NCBI GenBank assembly: GCA_965277285.1
Contig: OZ255721.1
Location: 1,696,001 to 1,760,000, forward strand
Origin: Abditibacteriaceae bacterium
GTDB taxonomy: Bacteria; Armatimonadota; Abditibacteriia; Abditibacteriales; Abditibacteriaceae
Reading direction: 5' to 3'
DNA length: 64,000 nt
Program-made: the position numbers and the translations under genes
The notes under the pieces: model-generated
Databases searched by the model: none
What the model saw: only the letters and a program-made list of their open reading frames with translations
What the model was told of the DNA's origin: nothing
Part shown: positions 51,035-63,733 of the stretch, piece after piece
How the letters are laid out: the number at the start of each line of letters is the position of its first letter
How positions within the stretch are numbered: the stretch's first letter is position 1

Positions 51035-52594
51035 CTACGAATCAAGAACTCCTGCCATCTTTAACGCAGTCAGCCAACCACCGCAGTACTGTCGCGCCAA
51101 TTCATTCAATTCAGGATAATCTTTAGCGTGTTTCCACAGCGGTTTGCCAGCAGCATACAGCTTCTCAATCTCTTTGACAATTTGCTGGCACTCGGACGAA
51201 TTCTCTCTTGGCGCCGAAAAACGGGAATCAGAAGGTTCTTGTCGTTCTGGTGCCAAATCAATTCCTGCTGCTTCGAGAGCAGTACTCCAACCACCGCAAT
51301 TCTCTCGCGCTGCTTTGCTAAGAGGCGGATAGTCTTTCGCTCGCTTCCACAAAGGTTGGTTCATACTGTGCAACCTTTGAAGCTCCGCAATCACTTGTTG
51401 ACATTTGGGTAGAGCCTCATCAACTTCAAAGACATACCGAGGGTTAAGGGGCTTCCACGACTTTGCTTTTAAATCAACACCCACTGTCTCAAGCGCATCG
51501 TTCCACCCCTTAAAATGTCGTCGTGCGGCACAACTCAACGATGGATAGTCTGAAGCCTTCTTCCACAAAGGTTTACCCTGGTTATGCAATTCTCTGAGTT
51601 CTGCGAGTACTTTTTCCCTCGTCCACAAAGGCTGCCGTCCAGTGAGAGGAGCTGGTGTGATAGTTTCGCCAGCCGCTGCTACAGCATTTTTCCAAGAGCC
51701 AAACATGGTTGGACGACGAGCATTATCGTAGAGGCTGGGATAGGTGTCTCTGACTGCCGACCAAGAAAGCGTGTGACTATCCTGTGCTAACTCCTGTATT
51801 TTACTGATGACTTTCTCTTTCGTCCAAACATCTCGTAGCTGGTCATAATCCACGCCAGCAGCACCAATCGCATTTTCCCAGCTACCAAACTGCTTCAATG
51901 CGCGGTGGTGCAAGTTAGGGTGCTGTGTCGAGGTAAGATTATCTCCAGCCTCAAACAAAGTTTTAATCTCTTGCAATACGTTGATTTCCCCAATCCTCTG
52001 TTGCTTGCATATAGAAGCGTAATCAATTCCAGCAGCTTCAACGGCAGCTCGCCAACTGCCAAAGTATCGAGGTATGATAGCGGATTGAATCAATGCAGAA
52101 TTTTCTTTCAACATAGCCGACAGTGAAAGATCGCCACCTTTTTCTTCTATGTCTTGAATAGCCTCTATCAAAGCCAGCTTCGACCAGCGATGAACAGGTC
52201 CACGAAATCTAATATCAGCAAGGCCTAAGAGACCAGCAGCCTCAATAGCAGTTTGCCAACTTCCGAATTGATGCTTTGAAACAGCCGCTCCAAAAATCGC
52301 TGCATGATGGCGCTGCATAGCCGATGTATTTAAATCCGCGCCCTGTTTATGCAAGTCACGAATAGCAGTTACGAGAGACTCTTTAGTCCATTTCGTATTA
52401 GTTCGCTTTCTAACACTTGTATAATCAAACCCCGCAGCTTCTACAGCCTTTTCCCAAGAACCGAAACGAGTCTTTGCCAGTGCCGCAAAGAAGATCTTAG
52501 AGTGACGTTTTTTCATAGCATCAAATGATATATCTTCGCCTCGATTATGTAGTTCTCGAATTGCTTCAACTATCAGTTCTTTTGTCCATCGCAT
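51035..52594 (-). CDS. homing-endonuclease-associated repeat (HNH_repeat-like) protein, 8 repeats
   Basis: Repeated W(T/S)KE...FGSWxxAxxAAG units; RBS GGAGG. Confidence 0.8.
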   Translation of the reverse strand: MRWTKELIVEAIRELHNRGEDISFDAMKKRHSKIFFAALAKTRFGSWEKAVEAAGFDYTSVRKRTNTKWTKESLVTAIRDLHKQGADLNTSAMQRHHAAIFGAAVSKHQFGSWQTAIEAAGLLGLADIRFRGPVHRWSKLALIEAIQDIEEKGGDLSLSAMLKENSALIQSAIIPRYFGSWRAAVEAAGIDYASICKQQRIGEINVLQEIKTLFEAGDNLTSTQHPNLHHRALKQFGSWENAIGAAGVDYDQLRDVWTKEKVISKIQELAQDSHTLSWSAVRDTYPSLYDNARRPTMFGSWKNAVAAAGETITPAPLTGRQPLWTREKVLAELRELHNQGKPLWKKASDYPSLSCAARRHFKGWNDALETVGVDLKAKSWKPLNPRYVFEVDEALPKCQQVIAELQRLHSMNQPLWKRAKDYPPLSKAARENCGGWSTALEAAGIDLAPERQEPSDSRFSAPRENSSECQQIVKEIEKLYAAGKPLWKHAKDYPELNELARQYCGGWLTALKMAGVLDS

Positions 52595-52656
52595 TGGTTA
52601 TACCTCCACAATATCGTGCGAGAGCATAACCAATTATACCTGAGCACTAATACAAC

Positions 52657-52689
52657 AAAACACCCGCCTCTTTCGAGAGCGGGTGTTTT
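52657..52689 (-). terminator. rRNA unit terminator
   Basis: AAAACACCCGC...GCGGGTGTTTT just downstream of 5S. Confidence 0.8.
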
Positions 52690-52698
52690 ATAAAAATT

Positions 52699-52815
52699 CA
52701 CGGCGGCGGCCTACTTTCCCACACAGTTGCCCATGCAGTATCATCGGCGCTGAAGGTCTTAACTGCCGTGTTCGGAATGGGAACGGGTGTCTCCCCTTCG
52801 CTAAGACCACCGTAA
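52699..52815 (-). rRNA. rrf: 5S rRNA
   Basis: Minus strand contains ACACCCGTTCCCATTCCGAACACGGCAGTTAAG and GGGAAAGTAGG. Confidence 0.96.
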
Positions 52816-52928
52816 AAACGGGAGGATTACCAAGTTCTCGCAGAACGAGAGCTCGATCACCCTGAAAACTGCAAAGAGAAGATTGTGAAAACCAAATTTC
52901 GTCGAGGTTCTTAAAAATTGCAAAACGT

Positions 52929-55875
<2,947 letters not shown>

Positions 55876-55954
55876 ACGCATAATAAACTCATGCGCTTAA
55901 AAGAACTCACAATTTGATATTTCTATCAAAAGGATTATCTCGACGAAATTTACT

Positions 55955-55987
55955 TCTCACAATCTTCTCTATGCAGTTTTCAAGGTG
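55955..55987 (-). promoter_or_regulatory. boxA-like element and 5' arm of the 23S processing stem
   Basis: CACCTTGAAAACTGCATAGAGAAGATTGTGA, complementary to 52858-52888 downstream of 23S. Confidence 0.75.
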
Positions 55988-56137
55988 TTCAGTCCAACGA
56001 CTTTCAAAGCCTGAGCTTCTTCCGTCTTTAGCTGATGCGAATACCGATAGTATCGAGTACTCGAATCAATTAAGGCCTGGTTTGGGAGGTTCATAACAGC
56101 TCGTAATGAGCGTGTTTTCGTCCGGCGGCAAGAAGAA

Positions 56138-56166
56138 ATTATACAGTTTTCAGTCTTGCTCGTCAA
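56138..56166 (-). promoter_or_regulatory. rRNA promoter, proximal
   Basis: TTGACG-17nt-TATAAT with an A-tract upstream. Confidence 0.85.
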
Positions 56167-56231
56167 GGCTTTTCTCAAAACTTTTTTGAAAAGTTTTTTC
56201 AGCCTCAACAGCGAACAACAATTAAAAAGGA

Positions 56232-56592
56232 GTTTGTGGCGGTGACCCGGCGCTCGTCAAAAGAAGAGGAATACGGCGGCGGTGATTCGCGGAGAACTTC
56301 GGAGGATACCATCGTGTGGACAGCGTTTGGTGAACAACTGTAGCTTTCGACTTTTCCAGCTTTTCGTGTTTTTACTTCAAGGTGCGTTCGTCTTTCGTCC
56401 GGCAGCAAGAGGAGATTATAAGGCGTTCTCTCTCACTTGTCAAGAACTTTTTCAAAATATTTTTTGAAGCGTTCTCAACGTTTTCGTCCTGAAGGATGGG
56501 AAGTGTGGCGGTGACCCGGCGCTCGTTAAAGAGGAGAATACGGCGGCGGTGATTCGCGGAAGAACTTCGGAGAAACGTCGTTTGGACAGCGT
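56232..56592. repeat. direct repeat in the rRNA leader (about 56232-56330 and 56503-56592)
   Basis: TGTGGCGGTGACCCGGCGCTCGT...GAATACGGCGGCGGTGATTCGCGGA...AACTTCGGAG occurs twice. Confidence 0.85.
56415..56443 (-). promoter_or_regulatory. rRNA promoter, middle
   Basis: Perfect TTGACA-17nt-TATAAT. Confidence 0.9.
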
Positions 56593-56702
56593 TAATAACG
56601 TCTGCAACTTTCGACTGGTTCTGGCTTTTTCAGATTGACTTCAAGGTTCGTGCCGTCGCTGTCGCTCATAAACATCATCGCTTCAACGGGTGGCGAGAAA
56701 GA

Positions 56703-56731
56703 ATGATAACGCGCTGGACGGTGGGCGTCAA
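56703..56731 (-). promoter_or_regulatory. rRNA promoter, distal
   Basis: TTGACG-17nt-TATCAT with an A-tract upstream. Confidence 0.75.
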
Positions 56732-56859
56732 GAGGTTTTTGATTATTTTTGATAGTTACGTCAAGCATTCAATTACGTATCGGCTTTGCCTCAAAGCTGC
56801 GTTTCTTGCCCAACAACGAGAAATTGTTGCAGCTATAGAAATGCTGTAAGTTTGTTTCT

Positions 56860-57423
56860 ATGCAAATACGAAAAGAGCCCCACAGTTTCATTGCGAGGCG
56901 AGATAGAACCTGCCGCAAAGTCAAACGGTATTTCAGGCACGCGAAAGCAGGATGGTGGTTATTGTTGATAACAGTTTGCGGGGGATCTCTTTCAGCCTTA
57001 TCTATCCCTGCGTCTCTAGGCCCTTATTCGTTGTGCCTTAGCTTTCTCCTGTTCTTTGGCGGCCTAGGACATTTTCATTATTTGGCACAACAAAGCCAGA
57101 ATAAAGCCTTGATCCGTGCAAAGAGGCGCCGAAAAAAGCTGATATTGGGACGTTTCTTAGACAAAGGCGAACAGATAAAGAAGAAGATTGCAAATGGCGA
57201 TGCCACTTTGCTAACAGTGGAAGTTGCTAATTGGAGCAAAGAAGTTGAGGAGTTCTTGTTGACAGAATTAGACCCATCTTATGTTGCAAGATTTCGCAGT
57301 ATGGCAGGGCAACGCTCTGTGTTGCTCAACATAACAAATAAAGAAAATCGCCATCTTTGGATTCAGATTGACGCAAAGTTAGTGCGCTTGAGAGATTTCA
57401 TTTCAGAGCATTCAATTCGCTAA
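56860..57423 (+). CDS. hypothetical membrane protein
   Basis: 187-aa AT-rich ORF with 2 hydrophobic segments. Confidence 0.6.
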   Translation: MQIRKEPHSFIARRDRTCRKVKRYFRHAKAGWWLLLITVCGGSLSALSIPASLGPYSLCLSFLLFFGGLGHFHYLAQQSQNKALIRAKRRRKKLILGRFLDKGEQIKKKIANGDATLLTVEVANWSKEVEEFLLTELDPSYVARFRSMAGQRSVLLNITNKENRHLWIQIDAKLVRLRDFISEHSIR

Positions 57424-57465
57424 AGCTAATTTTTGTAGAATCGGACTTTGCCTAGAAATCAGCCT

Positions 57466-58392
57466 TTACTGAACGATTTTACTGGCATTAAGCCGGATGA
57501 AGGCTTCAGCATATTCAGGATTAAAGAATTCAAAGGTATGTACGGTGCCGTGAGCACCGCAGTAGTGAACGGAAATGCCAGGCCAACAGCAGTAAATCTT
57601 CATTATTTCTCGCGCTTCGTCTTCCACTGCGTTGCATTGTGCTATCAATTCATTGGCCTGAAGTTGCGCCTTCGCTTGTGCTTCCGTTAATTGCGCCGCA
57701 CGTTGCGTGGACATAAAGAAATGAGTGCCGATAGTAAGAACGCCTGCCGCCAGAAGTCCGTTAAAAATACTTGCGATGAAATGACCTGTTACCGCTCCAG
57801 CGAAAAGGCAGGCCATGTACCACATAGAGAAAATAGCGCATCCCCCAAGAGGCACAGCACTCGATACAGGCGGATTTTTAGCCGTTGAAGTTAAATCGTT
57901 GGCCTCTACGTAAAGCCTGTGGGCCGCGTTGAATATCTCCAAATGCTTCGCGCATTGCAAACAATACGGAACTGACCAATTCTCGTTTGTGATACGCACA
58001 AACCTTTGTCCACTTTTATGAGTGTGAGTGACGGTTTGACTGGTATCGGGCAAATCCCCACAACACGGACATTGGAAAGGCCAATCGAGTATTCGCGCAG
58101 ACACACGAATATGAATAGGCTGCGGGTCTTGCAAGGGTGTCTGTTGCGGCGAGTTTGTTTGTGCTTGAGTGACCCAAGTGTGAACTGGCGAAGCAGTTAC
58201 AGGCGGAACGGCGGGTATAAAAGGAACAGTGGACACAGGTGTCGAAGGGGTCGAACTTTGTGCTCCTACAGAGGACACGGCATCTGCCCACGGCAGACGT
58301 GCGCCGCATACATTGCAAACAATGTTCGTATACGGATTTCCCGATTGACAACTGGGGCAACTTCCCAATGCGACTGTTTTGTTTGAAGACAT
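57466..58392 (-). CDS. hypothetical Cys-rich (zinc-ribbon) membrane protein
   Basis: CPSC/CNVC, Pro/Ser linker, CPCC, PYCLQC, 2 hydrophobic segments. Confidence 0.7.
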   Translation of the reverse strand: MSSNKTVALGSCPSCQSGNPYTNIVCNVCGARLPWADAVSSVGAQSSTPSTPVSTVPFIPAVPPVTASPVHTWVTQAQTNSPQQTPLQDPQPIHIRVSARILDWPFQCPCCGDLPDTSQTVTHTHKSGQRFVRITNENWSVPYCLQCAKHLEIFNAAHRLYVEANDLTSTAKNPPVSSAVPLGGCAIFSMWYMACLFAGAVTGHFIASIFNGLLAAGVLTIGTHFFMSTQRAAQLTEAQAKAQLQANELIAQCNAVEDEAREIMKIYCCWPGISVHYCGAHGTVHTFEFFNPEYAEAFIRLNASKIVQ

Positions 58393-58567
58393 AAAATCTT
58401 AAATCCAATGCTCACTTTAATCAAAAAAATTGCCGATTGTAAACGCGCCGTTTTGCAACTTTGTGCCGACATTGAGAGCGGTCATCACGCAACCTTTCGA
58501 GCGATTTATTACGCGCTATTTTAGCAGTTTCAGTTATCGAGTACTCGATTATTGCGCTCGGTGTTTT

Positions 58568-59272
58568 CTACTGCGCTTCCTCCAGAAACTTTTCGCCTTC
58601 GGGCGAGATCGTCCATTCGCCGCGTGGCGAGCCTTGCAGCAGCAAGCCTTTTTGCGTCATTTGTTTGGCGGCGCGATAGGCGATTAAGCGCCATTGTTGC
58701 GCGGTGATGTGCGGCGTGGCCAGTCGCAGAAAATCTGTGTCGTTGGTTTGTGAGCCAACGGTTTGTCGGATAAATTGCAGCACGGTTTTCGCCTTGTCGA
58801 AGCCGCCCGCAAGTTGCAGCGTGCGCAAAATCGGGCGATAAAAGTCGTGTGCTGAAAGCCGTGAATCTTCGACGTTCGCGGTGTGGCGAGAAGGCGCGCT
58901 TGCCTCATCGCGCGCTTCGCTTTGGTCGGTGATTGCATCGAAAAGCGTCGTCATGTTTTCCATCGAGTACTCGAATTGACGCAAGCATTCCAATTGTTCG
59001 GCCAAACGTTGGCCGCTTTCGTCGTTGCGCCAATCGAAACTTTGGTTGCATTGGCGATTGATCCATTCGCAATGCGCCTTCAAGTTGTCCCGACGAGCCT
59101 CAGCGTCGCGTTGCAAAGCGAAAACCCAGCGCCACAAAACATCCAGCGCGTTGTTCGCTTCTTCGTTGTCGACACCAAAAATCGTGTCGCCTTCCGAACT
59201 GTCGCTGAGCCTTTGTTGAATTTGGTCGCGGCGTTCCTGCGACAACGGAAACTTCTTTTCCAGTTCGTTCAT
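58568..59272 (-). CDS. Mrr N-terminal-like winged-helix domain protein
   Basis: FYRPILRTLQLAGG...W...KGLL...SPRGEWTISPEG. Confidence 0.7.
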   Translation of the reverse strand: MNELEKKFPLSQERRDQIQQRLSDSSEGDTIFGVDNEEANNALDVLWRWVFALQRDAEARRDNLKAHCEWINRQCNQSFDWRNDESGQRLAEQLECLRQFEYSMENMTTLFDAITDQSEARDEASAPSRHTANVEDSRLSAHDFYRPILRTLQLAGGFDKAKTVLQFIRQTVGSQTNDTDFLRLATPHITAQQWRLIAYRAAKQMTQKGLLLQGSPRGEWTISPEGEKFLEEAQ

Positions 59273-59431
59273 GCGTTTTCTCCTCGCGCGTTTTGCGTTT
59301 CAGAAACATGGTGGAACCCGATCATTTATGCTTTTTATTTGCGAACTTTCAACGCCAATCGTGCGCTCGAAGGCGTAAAATAAAAGCGTTCTTAATCTCA
59401 GGCGGAAAAAGGGAATCGAGTACTCGATATT

Positions 59432-60760
59432 ATGACGAGCAAGCACATTGTTTTGACGACATGGGGTTCGCTGGGCGATTTGCATCCGTTTTTGGCGCTG
59501 GCCATCGAACTGCAAAAACGCGGTCATCGCGCGACGATTGCAACGAGCGAAATGTATCGCGCCAAAGTGCAGGAAACCGGCGTTGGTTTTCACGCGGTTC
59601 GTCCCGATTTGCCGACGCCGGAAGAGTTCGCCGCCATGGTGCAGCGCGTGATGAACGCTCACAGCGGCACCGAATACTTGTTTCGCGGCCTGATGATGCC
59701 GTCTTTGCGCGAAAGCTATGACGACTTGTGCGCCATCGCGCCCGATTGCGACTTGTGGCTGACGCATCCCGCGCAAATGGCCGGGCCCATTGTCGCGCAG
59801 AAATATAATCTGCGCTGGGTTTCGTGCGTGCTGGCGCCGATTTCTCTTTACTCAATGTACGAACCGCCAGTTTTGCCACGGCGAATTTTGAAAATTCTTT
59901 ATCGTTTTGGCAAACCTGGCAAGCGCTTCGCGTTCTGGGCAATGCACAGAACAACGCAAAATTGGATCAAAGAAGTGCCCGCTTTACGGCGCGAAATCGG
60001 GTTGCCCAAGGGCTTGCATCCGATCTTTGAAGGCCAGTATTCGCCGCTATGCAATCTGGCTTTGTTTTCGCGCGCTCTGAGCGAACCGCAACCCGATTGG
60101 CCGAAAAATACGACGCAAACCGGCTTTATTTTCTACGACACCAAAGACGATTTCAGATGGAAGCGCGACCCTGCAACGCCGGCGGAGAATGCCGGAGAAC
60201 ATAACGGCGCGTTGTCGCCTGCTCTGGAGCGCTTTCTGGAAGCAGGCGAAGCGCCAATAGTCTTCACTCTGGGTTCGGCAGCCGTCATGAATCCTCGCGG
60301 TTTCTTTCATCAGAGCGCAGACGCCGCACGCTTGTTGAATCGTCGCGCCGTTTTGCTGGGCGATGTGCAAAACGCGGGCGGCGATTCGCCCGACATCGTT
60401 TCGTTCGATTACGCGCCGTACACACAGGTTTTCCCGCGCGCCTGCGCTATCGTGCATCAAGGCGGCGTCGGCACCACAGCGCAAGCCTTGCGCGCAGGCA
60501 AACCGCAACTCATCGTTCCGCAATCGCACGATCAACCCGATAACGCCGCGCGCATCGTTCTTCGCGGACTGGGAAAAACCATGCCTTTGCACGAATACCA
60601 GGCGCAACGCGTTGCGGGCGAACTTCGTCCTTTATTGGAGAATATCGAGTACTCGAATCGCGCCGCGCAAATCGGCGCACAAGTGCAACAGGAAAACGGT
60701 GTCGCCCGCGCCGCCGATGCGATTGAAGCACAGTTGAAGATTGCAATCGCTCCGCGTTAA
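59432..60760 (+). CDS. glycosyltransferase family 1 (UDP-glycosyltransferase)
   Basis: GSLGDLHPF, FTLGS, VHQGGVGTT, HDQPDNA. Confidence 0.93.
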   Translation: MTSKHIVLTTWGSLGDLHPFLALAIELQKRGHRATIATSEMYRAKVQETGVGFHAVRPDLPTPEEFAAMVQRVMNAHSGTEYLFRGLMMPSLRESYDDLCAIAPDCDLWLTHPAQMAGPIVAQKYNLRWVSCVLAPISLYSMYEPPVLPRRILKILYRFGKPGKRFAFWAMHRTTQNWIKEVPALRREIGLPKGLHPIFEGQYSPLCNLALFSRALSEPQPDWPKNTTQTGFIFYDTKDDFRWKRDPATPAENAGEHNGALSPALERFLEAGEAPIVFTLGSAAVMNPRGFFHQSADAARLLNRRAVLLGDVQNAGGDSPDIVSFDYAPYTQVFPRACAIVHQGGVGTTAQALRAGKPQLIVPQSHDQPDNAARIVLRGLGKTMPLHEYQAQRVAGELRPLLENIEYSNRAAQIGAQVQQENGVARAADAIEAQLKIAIAPR

Positions 60761-60786
60761 AGCAATGGGCTGATAAAGGAGCGATC

Positions 60787-60874
60787 AAACTCGCAGTGTG
60801 TCATTCTGAGCGCAGCGAAGAATCTTGCTGGAGTTAGATTCTTCGCTGCGCTCAGAATGACACACTGCGAGTTT
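60787..60874. repeat. inverted repeat, family B
   Basis: AAACTCGCAGTGTGTCATTCTGAGCGCAGCGAAGAATCT followed by its reverse complement. Confidence 0.85.
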
Positions 60875-61218
60875 CAAGCGTTTCATTTACTTCCTCTACA
60901 CTTTGCCAGAATGAGACAAACCTTCTTTGATAAGGGTTTTCCTTTTCCACATCTATCTCCCAAACTGGCTAAATTGATGCGAACATATTATCTATCCGAA
61001 GGAAGAATGAAGGACAAGGAGAGGATGAAAGTTGGTCTGGCGATTGTCGGATCGAGTACTCGAACGGCGTACAGAACGGTTTTGGTCGCAGCGTGCGCCA
61101 CCGTTTTGAGGTATAGAAGAAGAGAAGCCACTTGTGGCAAGTTTGGTGGATAGACTTTTCCCAAGCGGCGGGTCGCTTTACAAGGTTTTCGCGGTTGAGG
61201 TTTCGCGGTTTTCGGGCT

Positions 61219-61926
61219 ATGAACATTTACCATTTCAGTTTGTATCTGGGTTTCACCGGCCTGGCGAGCATGGCCGTGATGGGCGCCAGCAGCGCCGGTT
61301 CGCATGGTGGAATGCATGTCGGCGGTCATGGCGGGGCACACGGCGTTGGGCACGGCGGAGCGCATGGCGGAAGTCATGGTGCGGCGCATGGCGGCGCTCA
61401 TGGGCATTCATCGGCGCAAGGTCACGGGCATTCGCATCAGCATTCGCAGCAAAGTGCGAGCAGTCGGTTTTCGCCGTTGCTTTCGATGTTGTCGCCGCGA
61501 GTTTTCTTCAGCGTCATGCTGGGATTTGGCGCAGCAGGCATTTTGGGACACAAAGCCATACACGAGCCGGAATTGATGATTCTGGCGTTGTTGTGCGGAT
61601 TGGCGTTCGAGATGGTGTTGTTTCGCCCGACGTGGAACCTGGTTTTTCGCTTTGCTTCGCGTCCGGCGCGCACCTTGGAAAGCATCGTCGCCGAGGAAGC
61701 GACGGCAGTGACGGGTTTCGATGCTAACGGAAACGGTTTGGTTTCGCTGGATTTAGATGGACAATTCCGCCAATTGTTGGCGCATCTGAATGAGGAATCG
61801 CGCCAGAGTGGTCATCGTGTGCGTGTCGGTGATCGCTTGTTCGTCGAAAATGTGGACACGCAAAAGAACTCGTGCGTTGTGTCGCCCGTTGAGGCCAATT
61901 CAACGGCGCGCGTGACGGACAATTAA
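61219..61926 (+). CDS. NfeD-like membrane protein with His/Gly-rich repeat
   Basis: Hydrophobic helices, (HGGA)n tract, C-terminal OB-like segment; directly upstream of a flotillin gene. Confidence 0.7.
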   Translation: MNIYHFSLYLGFTGLASMAVMGASSAGSHGGMHVGGHGGAHGVGHGGAHGGSHGAAHGGAHGHSSAQGHGHSHQHSQQSASSRFSPLLSMLSPRVFFSVMLGFGAAGILGHKAIHEPELMILALLCGLAFEMVLFRPTWNLVFRFASRPARTLESIVAEEATAVTGFDANGNGLVSLDLDGQFRQLLAHLNEESRQSGHRVRVGDRLFVENVDTQKNSCVVSPVEANSTARVTDN

Positions 61927-61959
61927 TCCGAAGAAATTTTCGGAAGGACGGAAAGAATT

Positions 61960-63516
61960 ATGGACAACGCCATTTATTTGGTAGTTGGAGTTTTAGTAGT
62001 CGCGCTGGTTTTGATACCGCTCATCGTATCGTCGTTTTTGCGCAGCGTCGAAGCGGGAACCATTCGCATGGTGACACGCTTGGGCGGCACTACGAGCATT
62101 TATCGCGGCCCGGGCAAATCGGTCGAAGTGCCGCTTCTGACAACTGGCACCACGTTGTCAAGCCGCGCCATCAACGTCGACCTGGACATCACCGACCAGA
62201 CGGCGGACGTGGACGATCAAGGGATTCCGCGCCCGATCAAGGTTCGCGTACTCGCTTCAGCCATCGTTTCGGTCGGCGATTCGGACACCTTGATTAAGAC
62301 CGCAGCGAACCGCTTTTTCTCGAAACCTGAAGCCGAGCAGATCAACATTTTGATCGACTTGCTGAGTTCTTCGGGACGACGCGCCATCAACTTGCTGACG
62401 CACGATCAATTGTTTTCGGCCAAGACCGCGCCGCCCAAACGCGCCGTGATGTCGCTGCCAAACGCGTCGTCTGTCATCAATACGCCGGACGGCAACCCCG
62501 CGAACGCCGAAGTGGTGGTCGCACCGACGACGCGCGAAGCGGTTCAAGCGGCGGAAGACGACGACGATCCTTTGGCAATTATCATTCGCAAAGCGTGCTC
62601 GAAAGAATTGACCGACCTGGGCTTAATTTTCAATTCTTTGAACATCAAAGTCGTGCAATCGGAAGTCGCTGAAGCGCGCCGTCGCCAATCGGCAGCCGAA
62701 GCGCAGGCCAACGCCGACATCGTTTCTGCACAGCAGGCGCGCCGCTCCAAAGAAGCGCAATTGGAAGCCGAACGCTCGATTTCCAACAGCCAACGCGAAT
62801 TGGAACAAGCCAAAGCGGGCAACGCAGCGTTGGTCGCTGAAGCGGAAATTTTGAAGACGCAGGCGACGGAAATCGCTGAAGCGCGCCGCCGCCAAGCTTC
62901 GACCGAAGCGCAAGCAAACGCCGACATCGTGGCGACCGAACAAGCGCGCCGTGCACGTCAGGCGCAACTGGAAGCGGATCGCGCTATCTCGAATAATCAG
63001 CGCGAACTGGAACAAACGCGCGCTGAAAACGCGGCTTTGGTGGCGCAAGCCGAAGCCAAACGTCAGGACGCTTTGGCGATTCAGCGCACGGCGGAATTGC
63101 GCGCCACGCAAATCGCGCAAGCGACAGCGGACGCCGAACGCATCAAGATCGACGCGATTGCCCAGGCCGAAGCCGACGCGATTCACATCAAGCGCGTAGC
63201 CGAAGCGAACGCTGAAAGCATCCGCGAAGTCAACAAAGCGATTGCCGAAGGCGGCGAAGCGTATTTCCGCTATCGCCAAATCGAGATGATTCCGCAAATC
63301 GCGCCGTCTATCGCGCAAGCTTTGGCGCAATCGAAGCTGATCACGATTACCGGCGGCAACGACGGCAAAGGCGCGCCCGAATCGACCAGCAACAACATTT
63401 CGAGCGTCATCCAAACCGTGCTGGCCGCGCAATTGGTTTCGCGCAACAACCTGCTCGATGGCTCGCCCAACGTTCCCGCCTCAAACGGAACCAACGGCGC
63501 GCCTGACAAAGCGTAA
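61960..63516 (+). CDS. SPFH/flotillin-like protein
   Basis: N-terminal hydrophobic helix, SPFH-like region, long Ala/Glu coiled coil, IAQALAQSKLITITGG. Confidence 0.8.
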   Translation: MDNAIYLVVGVLVVALVLIPLIVSSFLRSVEAGTIRMVTRLGGTTSIYRGPGKSVEVPLLTTGTTLSSRAINVDLDITDQTADVDDQGIPRPIKVRVLASAIVSVGDSDTLIKTAANRFFSKPEAEQINILIDLLSSSGRRAINLLTHDQLFSAKTAPPKRAVMSLPNASSVINTPDGNPANAEVVVAPTTREAVQAAEDDDDPLAIIIRKACSKELTDLGLIFNSLNIKVVQSEVAEARRRQSAAEAQANADIVSAQQARRSKEAQLEAERSISNSQRELEQAKAGNAALVAEAEILKTQATEIAEARRRQASTEAQANADIVATEQARRARQAQLEADRAISNNQRELEQTRAENAALVAQAEAKRQDALAIQRTAELRATQIAQATADAERIKIDAIAQAEADAIHIKRVAEANAESIREVNKAIAEGGEAYFRYRQIEMIPQIAPSIAQALAQSKLITITGGNDGKGAPESTSNNISSVIQTVLAAQLVSRNNLLDGSPNVPASNGTNGAPDKA

Positions 63517-63536
63517 ATCGAGTACTCGATTGCCAC

Positions 63537-63579
63537 AAAAAGCGCCGCGAGACGAACAATCTCGCGGCGCTTTTCTTTT
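63537..63579 (+). terminator. intrinsic terminator
   Basis: AAAAGCGCCGCGAGA-loop-TCTCGCGGCGCTTTTCTTTT. Confidence 0.8.
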
Positions 63580-63661
63580 CTAACGAACCGAAGCGTAAGC
63601 GAGGGGCTTAAGGTGCATGAACCATTACTTAAGCCCCTCGCTTACGCTTCGGGTTCGTTAG
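63580..63661. repeat. REP-like inverted repeat, family A
   Basis: TAACGAACCGAAGCGTAAGCGAGGGGCTTAAG...CTTAAGCCCCTCGCTTACGCTTCGGGTTCGTTA. Confidence 0.85.
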
Positions 63662-63733
63662 AAGAACTTATCAACTGAGTCACCATCTAAATTCTTACTG
63701 AAATTGCACGATGGCTTGTAAACTGGGCACATT

